A stretch of 64,000 nucleotides of DNA, from contig JBEUKZ010000069.1 in NCBI GenBank assembly GCA_048128005.1, positions 186,001-250,000 on the forward strand. The letters are read 5' to 3'. The translations under genes and the position numbers were made by a program. The stretch comes from Veleropilina oligotropha. Its lineage: Eukaryota. The stretch's first letter is position 1; each line of letters begins with the position of its first letter. The notes below the pieces were generated by a model that saw nothing but the letters and a program-made list of their open reading frames with translations, searched no databases and had not been told where the DNA came from. Of the stretch, positions 13,703 through 24,807 are shown piece after piece.

Positions 13703-13775
13703 GTTCCCGTAGCTTAGTCGGTAGAGCGCCTCGACGGAATTGAGGAGATCGCGGGTTCGAGTCCCGTCGGGATAT
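13703..13775 (+). ncRNA. tRNA-like cloverleaf, copy 1 (pseudo-anticodon GGA; probably non-decoding)
   Basis: D stem GCTT/GAGC, anticodon stem CCTCG/TGAGG, T stem GCGGG/CCCGT with TTCGAGT loop, acceptor stem 5 of 7 bp. A box TAGCTTAGTCGG, B box GGTTCGAGTCC, TTTT at 13782-13785. Confidence 0.8.
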
Positions 13776-13989
13776 ATGACATTTTAACTGATACACGAAT
13801 TTCATATGTTATTTAATAATATTATGATATGACGAATGACCGTATACATCGTTGCCAGTGCGTTTAATATATGTTGGTTAAAACAAAATCATGTTATGCC
13901 TCCTATATAATTGTCTGATAAATACATACAAGCCAGCGCCGACCGTAACTGGTCATCAAGTATCAGTTTCAATGCCATATATTTCGTCG

Positions 13990-14062
13990 GTTCCCGTAGC
14001 TTAGTCGGTAGAGCGCCTCGACGGAATTGAGGAGATCGCGGGTTCGAGTCCCGTCGGGATAT
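13990..14062 (+). ncRNA. tRNA-like cloverleaf, copy 2
   Basis: Identical to copy 1 (+287). Confidence 0.8.
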
Positions 14063-14276
14063 ATGACATTTTAACTGATACACGAATTTCATATGTTATT
14101 TAATAATATTATGATATGACGAATGACCGTATACATCGTTGCCAGTGCGTTTAATATATGTTGGTTAAAACAAAATCATGTTATGCCTCCTATATAATTG
14201 TCTGATAAATACATACAAGCCAGCGCCGACCGTAACTGGTCATCAAGTATCAGTTTCAATGCCATATATTTCGTCG

Positions 14277-14349
14277 GTTCCCGTAGCTTAGTCGGTAGAG
14301 CGCCTCGACGGAATTGAGGAGATCGCGGGTTCGAGTCCCGTCGGGATAT
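14277..14349 (+). ncRNA. tRNA-like cloverleaf, copy 3
   Basis: Identical to copy 1. Confidence 0.8.
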
Positions 14350-14563
14350 ATGACATTTTAACTGATACACGAATTTCATATGTTATTTAATAATATTATG
14401 ATATGACGAATGACCGTATACATCGTTGCCAGTGCGTTTAATATATGTTGGTTAAAACAAAATCATGTTATGCCTCCTATATAATTGTCTGATAAATACA
14501 TACAAGCCAGCGCCGACCGTAACTGGTCATCAAGTATCAGTTTCAATGCCATATATTTCGTCG

Positions 14564-14636
14564 GTTCCCGTAGCTTAGTCGGTAGAGCGCCTCGACGGAA
14601 TTGAGGAGATCGCGGGTTCGAGTCCCGTCGGGATAT
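14564..14636 (+). ncRNA. tRNA-like cloverleaf, copy 4
   Basis: Identical to copy 1. Confidence 0.8.
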
Positions 14637-14850
14637 ATGACATTTTAACTGATACACGAATTTCATATGTTATTTAATAATATTATGATATGACGAATGA
14701 CCGTATACATCGTTGCCAGTGCGTTTAATATATGTTGGTTAAAACAAAATCATGTTATGCCTCCTATATAATTGTCTGATAAATACATACAAGCCAGCGC
14801 CGACCGTAACTGGTCATCAAGTATCAGTTTCAATGCCATATATTTCGTCG

Positions 14851-14923
14851 GTTCCCGTAGCTTAGTCGGTAGAGCGCCTCGACGGAATTGAGGAGATCGC
14901 GGGTTCGAGTCCCGTCGGGATAT
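14851..14923 (+). ncRNA. tRNA-like cloverleaf, copy 5
   Basis: Identical to copy 1. Confidence 0.8.
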
Positions 14924-15137
14924 ATGACATTTTAACTGATACACGAATTTCATATGTTATTTAATAATATTATGATATGACGAATGACCGTATACATCGT
15001 TGCCAGTGCGTTTAATATATGTTGGTTAAAACAAAATCATGTTATGCCTCCTATATAATTGTCTGATAAATACATACAAGCCAGCGCCGACCGTAACTGG
15101 TCATCAAGTATCAGTTTCAATGCCATATATTTCGTCG

Positions 15138-15210
15138 GTTCCCGTAGCTTAGTCGGTAGAGCGCCTCGACGGAATTGAGGAGATCGCGGGTTCGAGTCCC
15201 GTCGGGATAT
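15138..15210 (+). ncRNA. tRNA-like cloverleaf, copy 6
   Basis: Identical to copy 1. Confidence 0.8.
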
Positions 15211-15424
15211 ATGACATTTTAACTGATACACGAATTTCATATGTTATTTAATAATATTATGATATGACGAATGACCGTATACATCGTTGCCAGTGCGTTT
15301 AATATATGTTGCTTAAAACAAAATCATGTTATGCCTCCTATATAATTGTCTGATAAATACATACAAGCCAGCGCCGACCGTAACTGGTCATCAAGTATCA
15401 GTTTCAATGCCATATATTTCGTCG

Positions 15425-15497
15425 GTTCCCGTAGCTTAGTCGGTAGAGCGCCTCGACGGAATTGACGAGATCGCGGGTTCGAGTCCCGTCGGGATAT
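15425..15497 (+). ncRNA. tRNA-like cloverleaf, copy 7 (G>C in anticodon stem)
   Basis: As copy 1 except TGACG for TGAGG. Confidence 0.78.
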
Positions 15498-15644
15498 ATG
15501 ACATTTTAACTGATACACGAATTTCATATGTTATTTAATAATATTATGATATGACGAATGACCGTATACATCGTTGCCAGTGCGTTTAATATATGTTGGT
15601 TAAAACAAAATCATGTTATGCCTCCTATATAATTGTCTGATAAA

Positions 15645-15750
15645 TACATACATACATACATACATACATCCATACATACATACATACATACATACATACA
15701 TACATACATACATGCATGCATACATACATACATACATACATATATATATA
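15645..15750. repeat. (TACA)n then (TA)n microsatellite closing the array
   Basis: Direct reading. Confidence 0.95.
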
Positions 15751-16355
15751 ATATTTATATAGATTTCAATAGTTAAAACTTTTCCGGTAGTTATTGCTTT
15801 CACCTTTTGGTACTCGATTTTCGCATGAAGGCATTTTTATATTTCAGGTTGTATTTGACAAATGCCTTAACTGGTGGCCAATACAGCTGTATAAACAAGT
15901 GAATGATGAATTCAGCAGGTTTCTCCGTTTAATGGGATCGTATTTCGAAAGTGCAAATTACTTTTGCCTGGGTGAAATAACGATTCAAGGAACTGTATTT
16001 GATAACGAATATTGTGTTTGCGTTTAGTAAATATTGTTTAGGCACAAAATGAAAGAGAGAGAGATTGAGAGCTCCACCAGATGTCACCGTTCATTAAATT
16101 GCGACTCCAAAGGGAACAACCTGGTGTCCAGTTCCAACCACAAACTCTGGTGAGGGTTATGTTACATTAATAAGTATTTAATAATGGTTATTATATGTGT
16201 AATTCAAAGCTTGGAATAAGTGGTCTGCAAACCGCGACATGTTGATATAGCATCATTGATTGCAATTATAATTTTCTTTTGTATTTGAGGAAACCGTAAT
16301 TATTGCCAATTAATTTACTCCGTTAACTAGTATCGTTTCTTAAATCCATACCACA

Positions 16356-17456
16356 ATGGAGCCTCAAAAGAGCGATTTATGCGACAAAAACTTCACCAAT
16401 GCAAATAAGTTTAAATGTCCCAGGAAAACAGATGACAGCCGACACAACTGCAGCGTGTGCGACAAGTCATTTACTGTTATGTCCAGTTTGAATATGCACA
16501 TGTTTATTCACACTGGTGAAAAACCATACCAGTGTGGTCTCTGCGACTATAAGTGTCATCAGAAAGGCGATCTTAAGAAGCACATGCTAATTCATACCGG
16601 AGAGAAGCCTTATCATTGTGATAAATGTAGCATGACCTTTTCTCAATCAAATGGTCTTAACCAGCATATGATATTTCATACTGGGGAGAAACGGCATCAG
16701 TGTGCTGTGTGCAATCGTGAATTTTCCCTATCAGGAAGTCTTAAAGAGCACGTGATGATTCACACTGGTGAGAAACCACATCAGTGTGCTGTGTGTAATA
16801 AGACATTTCTACGTTTACGTGGTCTAAAATGCCATATGGTAATTCACACTAAGGAGAGTCCACATCGATGTGCTGTTTGTGACATGGCATTTTCACATTC
16901 GGTTGGTCTTAATATGCACATGCTCACTCATACAGGAGAGAAGCCACATAAGTGTGCTGTGTGCAATCGAGCATTTTCGCGAGTGTTCGGTCTTAAGACT
17001 CACATGATAACCCACACTGACGAGAAACCATATCAGTGTGGCGTGTGTTTTCGGAAATTCGCAGTTGCATGTCGTCTGAGAACGCACATGTTCACCCACA
17101 CGGGAGAGAAACCGTACAAATGTGATGTTTGTAATCGTGCATTTTCACTAGCCGATAATCTTAGAACGCACATGTTCACCCATACGGGAGAGAAACGGCA
17201 CAAATGCGCTGTTTGTGATCATGCGTGTTCACTAGCAGGTGATCTTAGAAAACATATGTCGACACATACAGGAGAGAGACCGCATCAATGTGTTGTGTGC
17301 AATAAGACATTTTCACTATCAGTCAATCTTAGGCAGCACATGTTTATTCATACTGATGAGAAACCGCACCAATGCACTGTGTGTAATAAGGCATTTTCAC
17401 TAGCAAGAAGATATAGGCGCCACATGTTAATCCACACTAGGGAGAAACCGCACTAG
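16356..17456 (+). CDS. Tandem C2H2 zinc-finger protein ZNF-A (12 fingers, 366 aa, no recognisable effector domain)
   Basis: 12 C-x2-C-x12-H-x3-H repeats with TGEKP-type linkers; ATG in ACCACAATGG context. A remnant 13th finger lies after the TAG. Confidence 0.93.
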   Translation: MEPQKSDLCDKNFTNANKFKCPRKTDDSRHNCSVCDKSFTVMSSLNMHMFIHTGEKPYQCGLCDYKCHQKGDLKKHMLIHTGEKPYHCDKCSMTFSQSNGLNQHMIFHTGEKRHQCAVCNREFSLSGSLKEHVMIHTGEKPHQCAVCNKTFLRLRGLKCHMVIHTKESPHRCAVCDMAFSHSVGLNMHMLTHTGEKPHKCAVCNRAFSRVFGLKTHMITHTDEKPYQCGVCFRKFAVACRLRTHMFTHTGEKPYKCDVCNRAFSLADNLRTHMFTHTGEKRHKCAVCDHACSLAGDLRKHMSTHTGERPHQCVVCNKTFSLSVNLRQHMFIHTDEKPHQCTVCNKAFSLARRYRRHMLIHTREKPH

Positions 17457-20396
17457 TGTTATGTGTGCATTTGAGCCTTTTCACACAAACATGTCCTCAA
17501 AACGCACATGGTTTCTCATAAATGACATGAGTTCTGATGACGTGTACTGTAGCTTTTATGATATGTAAATTGTGCAAGTAACATAATGCAAATTTAATAT
17601 TGAAAATCGTGTTTTATATTATAGTCCAAAATCAGCACAAAACCTGTTCACAATAAGTCATGATAAGTCACACACAAAAATATCGAAATCGCCAGGAAAA
17701 TGCACCAAATATTGATTGCTGAATAACATAGAGAAAGTTGTGCAACGGTAAAATGACGCAAATTGGTAAACACTCGCATTACGCGGTCACATAATTTAGT
17801 TTGTGACTTATAGTCGAGGGACTGTGGATATAAGGACATGTTTAAAACGTTATAATGATCTAATAATTTTTTGTATATCATATCCAGTGTATATCTTCAA
17901 AAGCAAATATGCAGCAAATAATTATATTTCTAATATGAGGGTAGGCCCATTCATTTTGTTGATCGAATGCTATATGAACTTTAATGTTGAATCACATTCA
18001 TTGGACACCAATGTAGGAATATATTTGCACGATTTTTCCTTTTTCTGTGAGAACTCTATAGGCCGTCTTCGTTTAAATTATTAGTGTATGTTACGTATTG
18101 GTAAGCGACTGGTCAGTCATAGATAACAATCTACACATTTTATATCCTATATTGTATGCATTTTACTATATTGTTTATCTTTATTGCCTATAAGTTGGTT
18201 GAATTGTAAAAACACCATCGCGTGTAACAGACAGTACGTGGTTTGCATTTATTTATGTTTTCTACATGGGCCTGGAATTTTGTTATTACTGACGGGTTTG
18301 TTTGTATTTTCTGTTTGTCGTTGTCAATTGTGATGTGCCTTGTTTATATGTCTTTTGCATTGTTTTTTATTGTTTCACCAACTTTCTTTGCTTTTATATA
18401 TTATTATAAACACCCAATGACAATTATTATTTGCTGGTCAATTTATCATGTGTGTTTAATACATGCATGAGTTTCAAATTTAAAACTTGTTTATGTACAG
18501 GCGTGTGCAGTATTGCATCAATAACATTGTATATTTGTCTCTATTTGCTTTTATTAATCACGTAATTGTATATTTTGTATCTGTTTGTAGTCATAATGTT
18601 TTTCCTTTGATATTCAGAAGTAAGTTATATCGATATCTTATTGTAAATTACAAACTCCATTTAGTAGCTATTAATGCCGTCGAATAGCGATCAAACTGTT
18701 ATTTACAAATGTATACATTTCAATTAATACTTTGTCATCGATATGATCCAATAAATGTAAAAGTTATCGTGAAAACAAAAATTCTTCATCTATTATTCCT
18801 ATTTTACCACGTTCATTATAACTCATATTGTATATCTTAATAATCCCATGGCCGGTGTAATTAAGGTGTTGGCATCTCTACTGAAATTGCTTTATGCGTT
18901 GACGATGCACTGCTATCATACGCGTCTTTTTGCGTTGCTGAATAAACTATCGGTTTTGGTCTGGTGTAATTTATGCCCACATATTTCCATATACAAATTA
19001 CTTGGAAAATGTTAAATACCAAACAGGATGAATCACCACGCAAAAAGTGTTTCCGTTATAAATCGGGTCAATCAACTTTGAATGATGAAATTAATCAATC
19101 AATCAATGTTTATTTAGGCCATTGGCCAAACGCAAATTTTACATACATCATAATATACAATCACGATATTCATCGCCAGAGAATAGTGCTGGGTGCAATG
19201 GAGGTAACGATCATGGACAAATCCCATCACTCCCGGAGATTAAACATCAAATAACCCCTACGTTGCATATACGCAACATGCTGTCTATGTATTATTATGC
19301 ACACGCAGGTTCATTTTTTAGTAGTGAACGATGTACACCACGTGAAAGCCTGTGGTTTGCTAGCACACTTAAGCTGTATTGCATTTATTGACCAATGTTT
19401 GATTAGAATGAACCACAGCTGGCCTCGAACCCGGGACCAATTATCAGCTTCCATTGTGAGTTTGACGTGTTACACACTCTCCCGCCGATGCCGCTTTGGA
19501 AAAATGTGACGTTTTCATAATTATAAATATCATCATATATCCGGGTCATTTTATATACTAGTAGTGTCAAAGTATGCACTAAACGGTAATTAACACGTGT
19601 ATTGCAACTTTCTTGGAATGTAATTGAATGATATAATCAATGAATCAGACCATCCAATGACAGACCGGGTCATGTTGCGGTGAGAAGTGAAGCGTCTCGT
19701 CCAATATCACTATTCACCACAACCTGAACTCGTACATTAAATCAGCATACTGTACACTATAATGTGTAATAACGTTCTAATATTGTACACAACACATACG
19801 TGGACTCAAACCACACGTGAAACTATCAAAATTGATAAAAACATGAAAATTAACCAAACAATGTGCGTTATTGGCTCAGCCTGTCTATCCGTTGCATCGT
19901 GCTTGAATCTTATGACCAACACATACTGGTAGGCCTACTCAATAGGTCAACTTAGTGACGTAAATCCGAGTACCCCGCCATCCTGCCTAGATTGTTTTGG
20001 ATCCATTGTTACTGGACCATCTTTGAATTATTCAGGGTTAAACCAGGAGAAAGCATGAAAAAAATGTTGCAACGGAGCAGTCACGTGATATATATCGCGG
20101 TCTTAAAGCCACGAGTTGTCTGCTCATATCGACTGAGATTGAACTCTGTATAACTGTCTGTAATTATACGATATCTGCAGTTGGTTATCTGGAGGTCTGC
20201 ACCTCTCTATACACGGTTATATGCAACTAATATTTCAACTAAATATTGGTCGTTAGTTGCATGTGCGAGTGCTTCCCTTGGCCACTGCCATCATTTTTGT
20301 TCAATATAATACGTAAGTGCTACAGTGATCGTGCATAGTCCACAACGACCTTCTGTGACCTGTGCTGTCATTTACTGTTCTGATTCATTGATTAAA

Positions 20397-21092
20397 CTAG
20401 CATTGGTACCCGTCTTCGCCGGGCAAGTCCCCCCACCCCAATTTTTTTTTTTTTTTTTTTGGATAGTGCTCCCTTAAATATTTTTTTTTTTTCCCGAATT
20501 TTCCGAATTTTTTTCGTGGTAAACCTTCCTTGGGGACCCCGATTAACCCCCCAAAGTTTGAAGGTCCTAGGTCAAAGCGTCTGGGAGGAGTTCAACTTGA
20601 AACAGACAGACACACACACATACAATTTCCATTATATGAAGAGATATAGTAATATTTTTTTTGTTTCCCGAATTTTCCGAATTTTTTTCGTGGTAAACCT
20701 TCCTTGGGGGACCCCGATTAACCCCCCAAAGTTTGAAGGTCCTAGGTCAAAGCGTCTGGGAGGAGTTCAACTTGAAACAGACACACATACAATTATAGCT
20801 CCATTATATTAAGACTAGCTATTGGTACCCGTCTTCGCCGGGCAAGTCCCCCCACCCCAATTTTTTTTTTTTTTTTTTTTGGATAGTGCTCCCTTAAATA
20901 TTTTTTTTTTTTCCCGAATTTTCCGAATTTTTTTCGTGGTAAACCTTCCTTGGGGGACCCCGATTAACCCCCCCAAGTTTGAAGGTCCTAGGTCAAAGCG
21001 TCTGGGAGGAGTTCAACTTGAAACAGACAGACACACACACAGACACACACACAGACACACACACATACAATTATAGCTCCATTATATTAAGA
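20397..21092 (-). mobile_element. Non-autonomous Helitron, two head-to-tail copies (20397-20814 and 20815-21092)
   Basis: On the minus strand: 5' TC start at 21092, 3' hairpin CCCG-GCGAAGA-CGGG then CTAG end, A|T insertion site, internal CTAG|TC junction at 20815/20814. Confidence 0.82.
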
Positions 21093-21609
21093 TTATCCAA
21101 TCAAATTACAAGAAAGTCATAGTACACCTGATAATTATCGTTTTTAGTACACATTTTGGTGCTATATTAAATGATCTTCATGTATGAACAAATCCCATCT
21201 TCGACGAGTCTCATTACAGTTATCGACTACTGAGCACATTGGCAATGGGACTGATAATTAAGGAAAGAACCTCGACGAACCAATGAAGCAATGCGCTCTC
21301 AGTACGATTATCTCATATAAATCTACGTACCTGGTCCCCGACATATGTCATAATTAGCGGCTTGCGGACATGGGGCCTGTTCGATTCGCACGTTCATGGT
21401 CCTAAAACAAATGGAACTACATATCTTGTCATTTTAATGGACGGAGTTCTGGTCCTCGGACCACTTTTCTGGTTCTCACTTTAAAGGACTCGAGAACAAA
21501 ACCCTAAAATACTGCTTATATTTGCCTACACGGCGTATATATTCATGTTTGGACTGCCCATGTCGTTTGTGAACAGCTGCGCGACGTTTGCAGGTCAAGC
21601 AGGTGGCGT

Positions 21610-21788
21610 CGCAGTGCATTCTGGGAATATGCATAATCTTCGGAAAATACATCGCCGTAGTAGTAATGACGTCACACTTAGACAACGTTTCTAGGTCATA
21701 GTATTGATAGCATGACATTCGATGGAATTCCTTCATGGTTTACATAATTTATATTCGCCGTTCGGTATTATACAGTTTAAAATGGCGG
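21610..21788. promoter_or_regulatory. Candidate promoter: ZNF143/Staf site, CRE and YY1 motif
   Basis: TTCCCAGAATGCACTGCG on the minus strand (21610-21627), TGACGTCA (21667-21674) and AAAATGGCGG (21779-21788) in locally CpG-rich DNA. Confidence 0.5.
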
Positions 21789-22313
21789 ATATCGAAGGCC
21801 TACATTAAATTTCGCATAGCGATATGGGGACATTTCATAGCCTATACGCTTAACCATGTAGGCTTACCCGAAATCGCGCACGGTATTATCGATGCAATAG
21901 CCTACCATTTCTATAAATATTAAGAATTTGCAAACAGGTGGATGATTATGATTACGTTATTCTATAACTAAAATGGAACTGGATAAATAAAATATATCAA
22001 TAAAATCGCGCACTGCTGGAAAACGGGTATTTATAGTGTTATTTGTTGATTTTCTTACGGTACGATCATTCTATAAAAGACAAACTCCAAACAACGTACT
22101 AGGTACTCGGATGCCGACAGTATTTCCCACAGTTGTCACGTCGTCTCCGTTGGCGACGTGCCACTCAAATATCTTATTAATTTTACATAGGAAATGACAG
22201 AAGTCGGAGGTAAGATATATATGATAATATAGTGGATAATTCTTAGTGTGAACAAGTGCACAGACGAAATTAACTTGATTAATACTATCAATTACATATT
22301 TGTGTGTTAACAA

Positions 22314-22608
<295 letters not shown>

Positions 22609-23504
22609 TTGTACTAACTGCGTTACGTGGACGAAAGTGTATATACCGAAGTATTGTGTGGACAGTCAAAGCGTTGCGTGGACATGCCAAGTCCTCACAA
22701 CGCAAATGACTGCCAATGACATGATAACACAATGTTCAACGTGTTGAGGTTATTAGGAAATATGTCCACGTATATCACGTCCACACAATTGGTTTATTTG
22801 GGTTGTCCACCTTAAACCGTAGTGCAGGCAAGTGGAATATGACCCGGAAGCAGTTTATCTTAACCAATGGAAATCTTGCGTAACAAGGTTGCGCTCGCAA
22901 CAGTTCGCCCGGCTCCAACAGACTCGAAGCAGGCGTCATGCTGTGAAAGACGAAAACGTAAACGTGTTGGTAAGTATAAAATAATATGTATCGGTATTAA
23001 CTTTCAAGATAATGTTTTAAGAAGTCCAATTACAAGGACTATGTACATGAGTCACTGACTGTGATGCAGTGACGTTAAGGGTCATACCAAAGACTATTGA
23101 AGTGGTATCTGCTGCTTCCCATTATGAGGACAGATAAATGACTGCTTAATCAGTGTCTGGATAATGTGACAAAATAAGATGACACTAATTTGAAAGTTGC
23201 ATATATGGGACTGGCCTGTGACTGATTTATGTGCGGCGAGTTATTTCAGTTCAGTTCAGCTTCAGCCTCTTTAGCCGTTTTCCTATGCCGATTTTTCATT
23301 TTTATGCACATATATATAATATTTATATGAATTACATTAAACGAATGGTCCGAATCGACCCAGTTAGAGGGCCAAATCGACTCAGTTATATATAGTGACC
23401 CAAATCGATTCTGGTCTAATCCATCCGGGCCGAAAACGCAAAAGACCGGACGACCAGACGCCTGCTTAAGGCAGCCGAACGAACCTAATACCGATTCAGA
23501 TTAA

Positions 23505-24116
23505 AGGTGCATTGCCCGTAAGTAGCGAAAAAGGCTTTTAATTTTAAAGCACAGACCGCAAATGTATTTTTGCCACTTTAGCTAAAGTTAGAAACTTTGC
23601 AAATTTTCCAAAAAAATATATAGACAGGGTCTCGCCTATGAATTAAAAGTTAAAAATAATAAAAAGGGGCCCACTTTTTATTATTGGGTAACGGACATGT
23701 CACCGAAAGAAATTTCGTCAAGTTCGACACGGTCGACGATAACTTTGGCATTGTGGAAAGTTGATCTGCAAAATTATCACCGATTTGCTATTTTATAATG
23801 CTGTAACATCGTATGCAATTTAGATAAATAAATTATTCATATTTGACGTAGCGTCTGCATGTTTCGATAAAATGTGTACTCGAAATGGGCGAATCGTACA
23901 TTACCGAATTGGGATTGCAAGAAATGTCACGCATTAATGGCGGTTAACATCGAACAATTTCTTCAACGAGCAGCGATTTCAGCAGCGATTTTATGTTATC
24001 AAGCAGCAAACAATGTCTGTTCATTCAGTTTGAATCATCAAAACTTTTTGTAACATCCACATATATGTAGGTAAGGTATTGTAGAGCTATATGCAATAAA
24101 TACGGGCAATGCATCT
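23505..24116. mobile_element. Non-autonomous TIR element with TTAA target (Kolobok-like)
   Basis: TTAA|AGGTGCATTGCCCGTA ... TACGGGCAATGCATCT|TTAA; the right end is also present in the duplicate at ~27826-27970. Confidence 0.78.
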
Positions 24117-24547
24117 TTAAGCGATTATCTAATACAGTACTTGGAATGGTTTATGTGACATTTTAACATTTCATTGATCCTAAATATGTGTGATAAATAC
24201 ACACGTTATCCCCTTTTAGGTTTTCTTTTGATTCAAATTTGCTGGCAAAGTAGATTAAGCAATTTTTAACTTTGATAAAACTTTAAAATGCTGCAATGTC
24301 ATCATTGCTGGATGGATGACACCCAAGTATGGACCTCATCTTATGTAATATTTGCAGCAGGAGGTGGTGCATCAATTATTTCAAGCTCTTTCACCCAATT
24401 AATATTTGCATTACTTTTCCTTCAGAACCTGGTGAAAGACGAAAAGGGAAACGTGTTGGTAAGTAGAAAATAATATGTACCAATTTTAGATGACTCTTTA
24501 AGAAGTCCAATTAAAATAATTAGTGGAAAGGACGTTGTCCGCAATGT

Positions 24548-24807
24548 TTGGTTTGGTTTGGATCATGCTTAATGTCCTGTATATTTACAACCATCTGGTT
24601 CAAGGCAGGACATGTCCATATTATCGCGGGAGGAAACCCTGGGGGTCCGGGTAAACCCGCCCTCTCCGACCAGTTACGGACAACTGTCATTCTTAACTGA
24701 ACAAGTAATGTCCCTACCGAGGCGCGAACCCACGACTTGTTAGCCAGCGGAATGAAGCCAGTGAACTCAGAGTCGGCACCCGAGCCCACACGACTGTCGA
24801 AGCGGCC
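24548..24807 (-). mobile_element. Full-length SINE family 1 with 13-bp TSD
   Basis: TSD TTGTCCGCAATGT at 24535-24547 and 24808-24820; (CCAAA)n tail; empty site in the paralogous segment at ~28385. Confidence 0.92.

Larger units (their letters stand above)
13492..15652 (+). repeat. Head-to-tail array of 287-bp units (7 complete tRNA-like copies plus a 5'-truncated half unit)
   Basis: Period 287 (ORF track repeats at 13602, 13889 ... 15324). Only two substitutions noticed (~15312, ~15466). Flanked by (TACA)n on both sides. Confidence 0.97.

Noticed and set aside
13703..13775. Functional tRNA-Ser(GGA) gene cluster
   Set aside because: No U33, two acceptor-stem mismatches, no long variable arm.
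13088..13790. Hammerhead ribozyme or SECIS in the PLE 3' UTR or 287-bp unit
   Set aside because: CTGATGA (~13249) and ATGACGA (~13541) lack a following stem II-GAAA or SECIS geometry by eye. An Infernal/RNAMotif search is needed to exclude variants.
13602..15527. Seven near-identical 67-aa minus-strand ORFs
   Set aside because: Antisense reading of the tRNA-like unit (RDSNPRSP is the reverse T arm); no coding evidence.
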